From Armatimonadota bacterium (GTDB lineage Bacteria > Armatimonadota > Zipacnadia > Zipacnadales > UBA5352), in contig JAYENL010000320.1 of the NCBI GenBank assembly GCA_034722055.1, positions 1 through 17,428 of the forward strand: DNA of 17,428 nt, given 5' to 3'. The notes beneath the pieces are model-generated. The model did no database searches and had not been told where the DNA came from. It saw only the letters and a program-made list of their open reading frames with translations. A program made the position numbers and the translations under genes. The stretch's first letter is position 1, and every line of letters begins with the position of its first letter. Shown here piece after piece: positions 7,585 through 15,247 of the stretch.

Positions 7585-8838
7585 ATAGAGCTCCAGACTG
7601 CCCTTGAAGAGCTGGACATCGAGCATGCCCGGGATGCGCTGGAGGGGGACTGGGAGCACTCGCAGGGGTGCCTCCCCACTGACAGCCCGTACTTCCTGGA
7701 GGAGGACTACGTCAGGAGGGCTTGCGCTGACGTCTGGCTGCCGGAGGAGTTCGTCCCCGACCTCGTCGCAGGCGGGAAGGCCATCTCCGAGAGCCAGGCC
7801 GCCACGGCGCTGGCCTGGCACGCCCACTGGTGGATGTTCCAGGCAGAGGACGTTGACATCCAGCGCGTGCGGTCCTGGCCGCGGCTGACGCACTCGCTGG
7901 GGCCGCCGGGAGGGCTGCTGTATCTGCTGGCGCTGCTCTCCGGGGTCGATGACATGTACGCCATCCACCGCGACCACGAGGTCCCCGAGAGCGTGACGCG
8001 GGACACGCTCTCGCAGATCCCGCTGTATCTGCGCGAGACGCGTGAGAGCCAGGGCTACCCCGAGCTTACTCCCCACCTCGCCGGCTGGCTGATGAACCAC
8101 TTCACGGGCATCCTCTACCGCCTGGCGCGCCTGCAGTTCCAGTTCGGCACCTCGCGCTACCGGATACGGGTCTTCCGCAGCACGGAGACCGGCCAGGTGG
8201 TGGCGCTGTCGGAGGCTGGTGTGCGCTACCGACCGGACGGGCAGATCCTCCGCCACGGCGACCCGGAGGAGGGCGCGTGGACGGCGCGCTTGGTACAGGA
8301 GGGCGGCGAGATAGCCGGCTTCCCCATCCACCCCGCCGGCCGGGCGCTGCCCCGCGAGATACGCCTGGACGCGGGCGAGTGGCGGGGGGTGCTGGCGCCG
8401 GGCGACCCGGTCCTGAACATCCATATCCCGGGCGGCGAGCCCATGTACTACGATCGGTGCGGAGAGGCCTTCGAGAGGGCGCTGGAGTTCTTCCCGGCGC
8501 ACTTCCCCGAGCGGGAGTGGGTGGCCTTCGTCTGCGGCTCGTGGATCCTCAACTCGGCCATCCAGGACCTGCTGGGAGAGGACTCGAACCTGGTGCGGTT
8601 CCAGCGGGAGGTCTACCTGTTCCCCATCGGGCTCTCTGACGAGAGCCTGCCGGGTGCCATCTTTGACGAGGTGCCCGAGGACCTGTCGCAGGCGCCACGG
8701 GAGACCTCGCTGCAGCGGGCCTACATCGACGCCATGCAGGCCGGCGGCCTGGTGACCGGTGGTGGCGCCTGCTTCCTACTGCCCGAGGACGTGGCGTGGG
8801 GGCAGCAGGTGTATCTGAGCCAGGAGATGCCATGGTAG
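7585..8838 (+). CDS. Acyltransferase-domain protein (N-acyltransferase N-terminal plus GNAT-like C-terminal, DUF5596-like), ~417 aa, probable ATA start
   Basis: Motifs LARLQFQ, LNIHIPGG, FVCGSWIL, SNLVRFQ and ETSLQRA. The frame is open from the TGA at 7567 and reads IELQTALEELDIEHARDALEGDWEHSQ... well before the ATG at 7834. GGGAG (7571-7575) lies 9 nt before the ATA at 7585. Confidence 0.75.
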   Translation: MELQTALEELDIEHARDALEGDWEHSQGCLPTDSPYFLEEDYVRRACADVWLPEEFVPDLVAGGKAISESQAATALAWHAHWWMFQAEDVDIQRVRSWPRLTHSLGPPGGLLYLLALLSGVDDMYAIHRDHEVPESVTRDTLSQIPLYLRETRESQGYPELTPHLAGWLMNHFTGILYRLARLQFQFGTSRYRIRVFRSTETGQVVALSEAGVRYRPDGQILRHGDPEEGAWTARLVQEGGEIAGFPIHPAGRALPREIRLDAGEWRGVLAPGDPVLNIHIPGGEPMYYDRCGEAFERALEFFPAHFPEREWVAFVCGSWILNSAIQDLLGEDSNLVRFQREVYLFPIGLSDESLPGAIFDEVPEDLSQAPRETSLQRAYIDAMQAGGLVTGGGACFLLPEDVAWGQQVYLSQEMPW

Positions 8839-8857
8839 CCGGGCGGCTGCTGTCTCG

Positions 8858-8984
8858 GTCATACGGAGGGCTGGCCTGCCCAGGCCAGCCGTCGCGCGCA
8901 GCGCGACAGTCGTTCCGAAACAATCGCAACGAATGCGGGCCCTCGGCCCGCGTCGGGCGTAGACACGCCCGACCTCCGTACGAC
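8858..8984. repeat. Inverted pair of GGAG-tagged REP-like palindromes (REPIN-like)
   Basis: (+) gtcatac GGAG GGCTGGCCT gccc AGGCCAGCC (8865-8890) and (-) gtcgtac GGAG GTCGGGCGT gtct ACGCCCGAC (8977-8952), with internal hairpins GTCGCGC..GCGCGAC and GCGGGCC..GGCCCGC. Confidence 0.7.
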
Positions 8985-9081
8985 ACGTCGCGCGGGTGGG
9001 GGGACGCCCGCGATCGAGCAGGCGGGGCCCCGGCTGTAACTTGAGAGCCAGACGGTAATGCCGGCAGGGGATGTGATCACG

Positions 9082-9783
9082 ATGACCGACACGATCAACC
9101 TGGGCGTCCTCGCGTCCGGTGGAGGCACGAACTTCCAGTCGATCATCGACAACTGCGAGGCGGGCACCATCACCGCGCGGGTGGCGGTGCTGGTGAGCAA
9201 CCGCGAGGATGCCGGGGCGCTTGACCGCGCGGCCAATCACGGCATCCCCTCGCGTATCGTGCCGGTGGGCAAGGACCTCTCCGAAGAGTTCTTCGAGGCC
9301 GACCGCCGGCACGTGGAGCTGCTGCGGGAGTATGACGTGGACCTGGTGTGCCTGGCCGGATACATGCGCAGGATCGGCACCGGCGTGCTGGAGGCCTTCG
9401 AGCATGCGGTGCTCAACATCCACCCGGCGATCCTGCCCTCCTTCAAGGGCGTGCACGGGCAGCGCGACGCGGTGGAGTACGGGGTGAAGGTCTCCGGGGC
9501 GACGGTGCACCTCGCCGACGAGAAGTTCGATCACGGGCCGATCATCATCCAGGCCGCGGTGCCCGTGCTGCCGGACGATGACGAGGACGCGCTGGCCGCG
9601 CGCATCCTGCAGCAAGAGCACCGCATCTACCCCCAGGCCGTCCAGTGGTTCGCCGAGGGGCGCCTGAAGGTCGAGGGCCGCCGGGTCTTCCTCGACCCGC
9701 CCTCGAGCGGCAGCTTCGAGGCGCAGGAGGCCGGCGTAATCATCAGTCCGCCTCTGGAGATCGAGCAGTCGGGCGGGGAGTGA
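9082..9783 (+). CDS. purN: Phosphoribosylglycinamide formyltransferase
   Basis: LGVLASGGGTNFQSII phosphate loop, CLAGYMR, NIHPAILPSFKG (catalytic Asn/His), GATVH...D.GPII.Q and EH.IYP. The start may instead be the ATG at 9058. Confidence 0.95.
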   Translation: MTDTINLGVLASGGGTNFQSIIDNCEAGTITARVAVLVSNREDAGALDRAANHGIPSRIVPVGKDLSEEFFEADRRHVELLREYDVDLVCLAGYMRRIGTGVLEAFEHAVLNIHPAILPSFKGVHGQRDAVEYGVKVSGATVHLADEKFDHGPIIIQAAVPVLPDDDEDALAARILQQEHRIYPQAVQWFAEGRLKVEGRRVFLDPPSSGSFEAQEAGVIISPPLEIEQSGGE

Positions 9784-9788
9784 GGCAG

Positions 9789-12299
9789 ATGACCGTGGGC
9801 CAGGAGTACAGCGCGGGCTGCGAGATTCCGTTCAGCGACGAGGAGCTGTTCGCACGCGGTCCTCAGCCCACCTACACGGGCGAGAGCCTGCGCCGGGTGG
9901 CCTTCCCGCTGGGCGGGATCGGGGCCGGCTGCATCTCGATGGCAGGCCGGGGAGCGCTGGTGGACTGGGAGATCTTCAACCGCCCCAACAAGGGCTTCCG
10001 GCCCAGGTACGCCTTCTTCAGCCTCTTCGCGCGCCAGGAGGGCGGCGAGCCGGTCTTTCGAGTGCTGGAGGGCCGCCTGCAGCCACCCTTTGAGGGAGAC
10101 CTGGGCGACACGCGCTCCCGCTGGTCGTTCGGCTTTGGCCCCAGCCAGATCCACGCCTCGGGGCTGCTGCGGATGGCCCAGTGCAGCTTCACAGGGTACT
10201 TCCCGTTCTGCCGCGTGGACCTGAGCGATGAGGCCGTGCCGGTGGAGGTCTCCACGGAGGCGTGGAGCCCGTTCATCCCCCGCGACACGGACAGCTCGTC
10301 CCTGCCCGTGGCGGTCTTCGATATCACCGTCAGCAACGTCGCGGACGGAGCCGTGGAGGCCACCGTCGCGCTGGCCATGGAGAACCTCGTGGGCTGGCCC
10401 GAGCTGGGGGAGAATGTCAACGAGTGGGTGGAGGGCGAGGGCTGGCGCGGCATCGCCATGCGCACGCAGCGCCATGAGCCGGACTCCCCGCGCTATGGGA
10501 CGATGGCGCTGCTGACGCCACACGAGGACGTGACCTTCGAGCTATGCTCCGACGTGCGACACTCCTTCCAGGTGCTGGAGGAGCTGGTGGACGGCTTCGG
10601 GGCCACCGGACGGTTCAGCGGTCCCCGGCAGTGCCCGCCGTCGCCCGAGGGGGAGGGGCCCATCGGGAAGCTGGGGCTGAGGCTTCAGTTGCAGCCGGGC
10701 GAGCAGCGGACGGTGACGCTGGTGCTGGCGTGGCTGATGCCCAACTTCGAGAAGTACTGGGGCGCCCGGCAGGGAGCCGTCTGGGAGACCTGGCACGGTA
10801 GGCGCTGGGAGGATGCGCTGGAGGTGGCCTCCTCGACCGTGCGGCGCCTCGGCGAGCTCGGGGACCGGACGCGGCGCTTCGCCGACGCGCTGCTGTCCTC
10901 GACGCTGCCGACCTACGTTCTGGACGCCATCTCCAGTCAGGCCTCCATCCTGCGCACGCCCACGGTCACGCGCCTGCCCGACGGGACGCTGTATGGCTGG
11001 GAGGGCTGCCGGCCGCAGGAGGGCTGCTGCGAGGGAAGCTGCACGCACGTGTGGACCTACGCGCAAACGGTGGCCTACCTGTTCCCGGAGCTGGAGCGCG
11101 GCATGCGGGAGATGGACTATCAGGTGAACCTGCGCGAGAGCGACGGGCATATGCAGTTTCGGATGCCGCTGCCCCCGGGCGCGAAGCCCGACCACCGCTT
11201 CCACGCCGCCGTGGACGGGCAGATGGGCGGGGTGCTGCGCACCTACCGCGAGTGGCTGGTCAGCGGCGACGATGAGTGGCTGGAGGGCCTGTGGCCGTCG
11301 GTCAGGACCGCGCTGGAGTACGCCTGGGTGGAGTGGGACGCCGACCGCGACGGCCTCCTCGAGGGCGCGCATCACAACACCCTCGACATCGAGTACCACG
11401 GGCCGAACACCATGTGCGGGAGCATGTACCTGGCGGCCCTGCGGGCCGCTGAGGAGATGGCGCGGCACGTCGGCGACCATGAGGTCGCGGATGAGTACCG
11501 AGAGGTCTTTGAGTCCGGCCGCTGGCTCAGCGACGAGCGCCTCTTCAACGGGGAGTACTACCAGCAGATCGTCACCGACCCGGAGGCGGCCTTCCAGTTC
11601 GGCCCCGGCTGCATCATCGACCAGGTTCTCGGCCAGTGGCACGCGCGGATGTACGGCCTCGGTGATATCCTCGACCCCGAGCACGTGCACAGCGCCCTGG
11701 CGGCGGTCTTCCGACACAACTTCCGCCGGCACTTCTTCGACCACCACAACACCAACCGGGTCTTCGCGCTCAATGATGACATGGGGACGCTGATCTGCAC
11801 GTGGCCGCGCGGCGGCAAGCCCGAGGCCCCGGTGCGCTACGCCCATGAGTGCATGTGCGGCTTCGAGTACCAGGTGGGGGCGCACATGATCTACGAGGGC
11901 ATGCTGCGCGAGGGGCTGACCGTCTGCAAGGCCATCCGCGACCGCTTCGACGGGATCAAGCGCAACCCGTGGAACGAGTTCGAGTGCGGGAGCCACTACG
12001 CGCGCTCCATGGCCAACTACGCCTACCTGCTGGCGCTGTCAGGCTTCCGCTACGACGCCCGCAGCCGCACGCTGTGCCTGCAGCCGCGCATCTTCGCCGA
12101 TGACTTCCACTGCTTCTTCTCGGTGGAGGACGCCTGGGGCGTGGTGAGCCATGCGCGTCTGGGCGAGGCAGTGCAGGTGACCGTGAAGGTCGCCGAGGGA
12201 AGGCTGCCCGTCGAGCGTGTGGTGGTCGGGGATGGCGAGATCGGGACCGCCGAGGCGGTGGCGACGCCGGACGAGCCGCTGACCGTCACGGTACAGTGA
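9789..12299 (+). CDS. Glycoside hydrolase family 116 (GBA2-like beta-glycosidase), ~836 aa
   Basis: FPLGGIGAGCI...DWEIFNRP, AWSPFIP.D...SSLP, GWEGC...GSCTHVWTY, DGQMG, HNTLDIE, DQVLGQW and RNPWNEFECGSHYARSMA. The ATG at 9789 is 5 nt after the purN stop. Confidence 0.9.
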   Translation: MTVGQEYSAGCEIPFSDEELFARGPQPTYTGESLRRVAFPLGGIGAGCISMAGRGALVDWEIFNRPNKGFRPRYAFFSLFARQEGGEPVFRVLEGRLQPPFEGDLGDTRSRWSFGFGPSQIHASGLLRMAQCSFTGYFPFCRVDLSDEAVPVEVSTEAWSPFIPRDTDSSSLPVAVFDITVSNVADGAVEATVALAMENLVGWPELGENVNEWVEGEGWRGIAMRTQRHEPDSPRYGTMALLTPHEDVTFELCSDVRHSFQVLEELVDGFGATGRFSGPRQCPPSPEGEGPIGKLGLRLQLQPGEQRTVTLVLAWLMPNFEKYWGARQGAVWETWHGRRWEDALEVASSTVRRLGELGDRTRRFADALLSSTLPTYVLDAISSQASILRTPTVTRLPDGTLYGWEGCRPQEGCCEGSCTHVWTYAQTVAYLFPELERGMREMDYQVNLRESDGHMQFRMPLPPGAKPDHRFHAAVDGQMGGVLRTYREWLVSGDDEWLEGLWPSVRTALEYAWVEWDADRDGLLEGAHHNTLDIEYHGPNTMCGSMYLAALRAAEEMARHVGDHEVADEYREVFESGRWLSDERLFNGEYYQQIVTDPEAAFQFGPGCIIDQVLGQWHARMYGLGDILDPEHVHSALAAVFRHNFRRHFFDHHNTNRVFALNDDMGTLICTWPRGGKPEAPVRYAHECMCGFEYQVGAHMIYEGMLREGLTVCKAIRDRFDGIKRNPWNEFECGSHYARSMANYAYLLALSGFRYDARSRTLCLQPRIFADDFHCFFSVEDAWGVVSHARLGEAVQVTVKVAEGRLPVERVVVGDGEIGTAEAVATPDEPLTVTVQ

Positions 12300-12304
12300 G
12301 CTGC

Positions 12305-13597
12305 TCAGAGGTACTCCCCCTCGCCGCCGCGGACGTTCCACATCACGGCGACGAGGATGGCGGCCATGGCGGCCCCCGCGGTCCAGACGGCCACCGCCGC
12401 GGACCATCCAGCAGCCTCGGCGAGATGGCCGCTGAGCGCGACCGTCAGCGCGGCGCCCATGGAGCCGAAGAAGTCGATGAAGCCGCCGGCGGTGGCGGTG
12501 GCCTTGCGGGTGGCGATGTCCATGGCCATGGTGTGACAGATCATCATGTCGGGCCCGTAGGTGCACGCCCCCACCGCCGCCAGATAGGCTGCCAGCAGCC
12601 ACGTGCTCTCCACCGGCACCAGCCGGAAGACCGCCGTGAGCGCCGCGAGCGCCGCCAGCATGATGACCACGATCGGCGCCCGCCGGCGGCCGAACCACAC
12701 ATCGCTGCCGTATCCCGCGATCACGTTCCCCACTATCCCGCCGGCCCAGATGACGGCGCTGATGGCCGCGGCCCGAGAGACGCTGGCGCCCTGCTCGGTG
12801 ATGTAGGTCAGCGCCCAGATGCCGAAGCCGTAGCGGGTGACCGTGAGGCCGAAGAAGGCCGCCGCCAGCGCCCAGATCCGCCAGTTGCGCAGCGTCATGG
12901 TCATGACGTAGGACCAGCCGATGAACTCGTCGGCCTCCGACGCCGTCGCCCTGCGCCGCGCCCGGTGGTCCTCGATGGCGGGCAGCCCCACATGCTCCGG
13001 CGCCCCGCGCAGGCGCAGGAAGGTGTGCACGGCCGATGCCGCCAGGATGGCGGCCGGGATCAGGAACGCCCACCGCCAGCCGTGGTACTCGACCAGCCAC
13101 CCCGACAGCAGCGTCACGAGCATGGCGCCGGTGGGGTAGTCAGCGCCCCGTATAGCCGAGACGCGCCCCCGCTGTGAGGGCGGGAACCAGTTGGCGATGG
13201 TCTTGGCGCACGCCGGAAAGCCCGAGGCCTGGAAGAGGCCGTTGAGACCCCAGATAAGGACCATCGGCAGCATCGGGCGGGAGAACGCGAAGGCCACGTT
13301 CAACCCCGCCGAGGTCAGCATCCCGGCCAGCAGCAGATACCGCGCGCGGAGGCGGTCGCCGAGCACGCCGAACAGGAGCTGGCCGAGGCCGTAGCCGATG
13401 AACAGCGACATGGTGATCTGCCCGAGCTGGCTCTTGTCCAGCCCAAGCTCCAAGGACATGGCGGGCAGCGCCGCGGCGATGTTCTGGCGGCAGAAGTAGT
13501 AGGTGGCGTAGGTCACAAAGACGGTGGCGAGGGTACGGACCTGCCACCCGCGGATGAGGTCTGCAGGCGATCCGGCTGGGGGCTTGGATGCGCTCAT
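12305..13597 (-). CDS. MFS transporter, organophosphate:Pi antiporter (GlpT/UhpT-like) type (430 aa)
   Basis: About 12 hydrophobic segments, YATYYFCRQN, GVLGDRL motif A, NWFPPSQRG, GSDVWFGRRR and TAGGFIDFFG. RBS GGAG. Confidence 0.88.
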   Translation of the reverse strand: MSASKPPAGSPADLIRGWQVRTLATVFVTYATYYFCRQNIAAALPAMSLELGLDKSQLGQITMSLFIGYGLGQLLFGVLGDRLRARYLLLAGMLTSAGLNVAFAFSRPMLPMVLIWGLNGLFQASGFPACAKTIANWFPPSQRGRVSAIRGADYPTGAMLVTLLSGWLVEYHGWRWAFLIPAAILAASAVHTFLRLRGAPEHVGLPAIEDHRARRRATASEADEFIGWSYVMTMTLRNWRIWALAAAFFGLTVTRYGFGIWALTYITEQGASVSRAAAISAVIWAGGIVGNVIAGYGSDVWFGRRRAPIVVIMLAALAALTAVFRLVPVESTWLLAAYLAAVGACTYGPDMMICHTMAMDIATRKATATAGGFIDFFGSMGAALTVALSGHLAEAAGWSAAVAVWTAGAAMAAILVAVMWNVRGGEGEYL

Positions 13598-13659
13598 GCA
13601 GGCGTCTCCAGGCAGGTCTGACCGGGCGGACGAGGAAGCTGCGCCCGGACGTGCGATGA

Positions 13660-13688
13660 GTTGTAGCAGATCGGTGGCCGGCGGTCAA
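13660..13688 (-). promoter_or_regulatory. Putative sigma-70 promoter for the MFS gene
   Basis: Minus strand TTGACC, 17 nt, TACAAC with an extended -10 TG (TGc TACAAC), about 60 nt upstream of the ATG. Confidence 0.5.
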
Positions 13689-13842
13689 GCAGCCAGGGCG
13701 GCCGAATGCGCGCTCATAATGTCACCGGCACAGGCTGGCCCACACGCGCTCCTGACGATAGTGCTGACTTGCGCAGTTCCGCGTATGTTGACGACGAGCG
13801 CACTCGGCGCTCGGTTGCTCTGAAGATGCAGGCGTGTTCGGC

Positions 13843-14095
13843 GGAGGGGCCGCCGGGCGCGTAGCGCCCGGTCAGGCCTGTGAGCGTAGCGAACAGGCCG
13901 AAGATTCCACCCCGGCCCAGAAAGCAGGTGTGCCCAGACAAACGGCGTGCAGGCGAGGGCGCCCGCACTACTTGACGGGTGGGCCGGGGTGGGACCTGAG
14001 CGGTGCGTTGGATGACGCACCGCTCACCGGAGACGCTGCGCGTCTCTTCCCGCCGCTACAGCTCGCCCGCTCGCTTCGCTCGCGGCGGCCCCTCC
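13843..14095. repeat. REPIN-like element bounded by inverted GGAGGGGCCGCCG, with internal hairpins
   Basis: GGAGGGGCCGCCG at 13843(+) and its reverse complement ending at 14095. Internal GTAG TGCGGGCG ccct CGCCTGCA (13971-13948, minus strand) and a 12-bp stem TGAGCGGTGCGT/ACGCACCGCTCA (13997-14026). Confidence 0.6.
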
Positions 14096-14140
14096 ATGTT
14101 AGGCTAACTCCAGTACACATCCTGGTGAGTGGCGGCTCGC

Positions 14141-14302
14141 CGTCTGCTGTTCGGAGGGGCCGTCTGAGGCTCCAGCGCCGTTTGCTGGAGCCGAAGCCGG
14201 CCCGCCCGTTCCACCCAATCCGACGCTTTGCCTGCAGCCCGAGGGCCGACTTCGCGCGACTGCTGCTCAGTCGCCCTCAGGCGGCCCCTCCAACGGCAGA
14301 CG
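14141..14302. mobile_element. 162-bp non-coding element with ~28-bp imperfect terminal inverted repeats (MITE/REPIN-like)
   Basis: Left end CGTCTGCTGTTCGGAGGGGCCGTCTGAGG (14141-14169). Right end reverse complement CGTCTGCCGTTGGAGGGGCCGCCTGAGG (14275-14302). Internal hairpin GGCTCCAGC..GCTGGAGCC. Confidence 0.55.
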
Positions 14303-14432
14303 ACCCTCGCGCGACTGGTGTGTGAAGGATAGCCATGGTAGCTGCGCGCCACAAGCCGGCGAGGGCGGCGGCTTCCCAGGATGAGGCCACAGTGCGGATG
14401 CCTGATGCCGCTCGATATGAGGAGCGATGGCG

Positions 14433-15233
14433 ATGACCGATGTCCACTGTCACGTGCGCTGGCAGGACTACGACATCGACGACTGGGTGGAGCACTTCGC
14501 CCGGATCGGCGTGGATCGCGTCTGGGCGCTGGCGTGGGAGAGCTGGCGGCGGCGCATCCGCGGCGAATACGAGCTGCCGAGCAGCGACGTCGAGGAGGCG
14601 GCCGCCCGCTACCCGGACCTCTTCGTGCCCTTCTGCAGCATCGACCCGCGGGAGGCCGACTTCGACGCCCGCTTCGACTACTACGTGGAGAGGGGCTTCC
14701 GGGGCTTCGGGGAGATGAAGCTGCGCCTGCGCATCGACAACGACGACGTCCAGCGCGTCTACGCCCGTTGCGGCCAGGTCGGCTGGCCGGTGCTGTTTCA
14801 CATGGACCGCCACCTGCAGCCGGGCGGGCAGTGGTACCTGACGAACGTGGAGCGCCTGGAGCCGATGCTCCGGAAGTACCCTGACACGTACTTCATCGGC
14901 CATGGCCCTGGCTGGTGGGCGGAGATCTCCGGCGACGCCGACGAGGTGCTGGAGGCGTATCCGAAGGGCCCCGTTACCGACGGCGGCCGGCTGCCGCGAC
15001 TGCTCAGGGAGTACGACAACCTCTACGCGGACATCTCGGCCGGCTCCGGGCACAACGCACTCTCGCGCGACCCTGACTTCGGCCGGCAGTTCGTCATCGA
15101 CTTCGCCGACAAGCTGATGTACGGCACGGACAACCACGATACCAAGCACATCGAGCTGCTGCGCGCCCAGGACCTGCCTGACGCGGTCTTCGACAAGATC
15201 ACCGAGGGCAACGCGCGGCGGCTGGTTCCCTGA
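14433..15233 (+). CDS. Amidohydrolase family (Amidohydro_2-like) metal-dependent hydrolase (~266 aa)
   Basis: DVHCH metal motif, FCSIDPR, GFGEMK, VLFH, FIGHG, NLYADISA, LMYGTD and GNARRL. RBS GAGGAG is 8 nt before the ATG at 14433 but only 2 nt before the ATG at 14427. Confidence 0.88.
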   Translation: MTDVHCHVRWQDYDIDDWVEHFARIGVDRVWALAWESWRRRIRGEYELPSSDVEEAAARYPDLFVPFCSIDPREADFDARFDYYVERGFRGFGEMKLRLRIDNDDVQRVYARCGQVGWPVLFHMDRHLQPGGQWYLTNVERLEPMLRKYPDTYFIGHGPGWWAEISGDADEVLEAYPKGPVTDGGRLPRLLREYDNLYADISAGSGHNALSRDPDFGRQFVIDFADKLMYGTDNHDTKHIELLRAQDLPDAVFDKITEGNARRLVP

Positions 15234-15247
15234 GGGGCCGACATGTC

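Noticed and set aside
9645..9788. Upstream start for GH116 given in the ORF track
   Set aside because: It overlaps purN by about 140 nt. The ATG at 9789 has an RBS and fits the family N-terminus.
13746..13801. dif/Xer or attC-like site (ACTTGCGCAGTTCCGCGTATGTTGAC within an imperfect inverted repeat)
   Set aside because: Only partial similarity to XerC/XerD arms with wrong central spacing, no RYYYAAC/GTTRRRY attC ends, and no integrase nearby.
13685..14352. Small ORFs in the MFS-amidohydrolase intergenic region (13685..14020-, 13834..14325+, 14104..14352-)
   Set aside because: No RBS or coding bias, no motifs, and they coincide with inverted-repeat elements.
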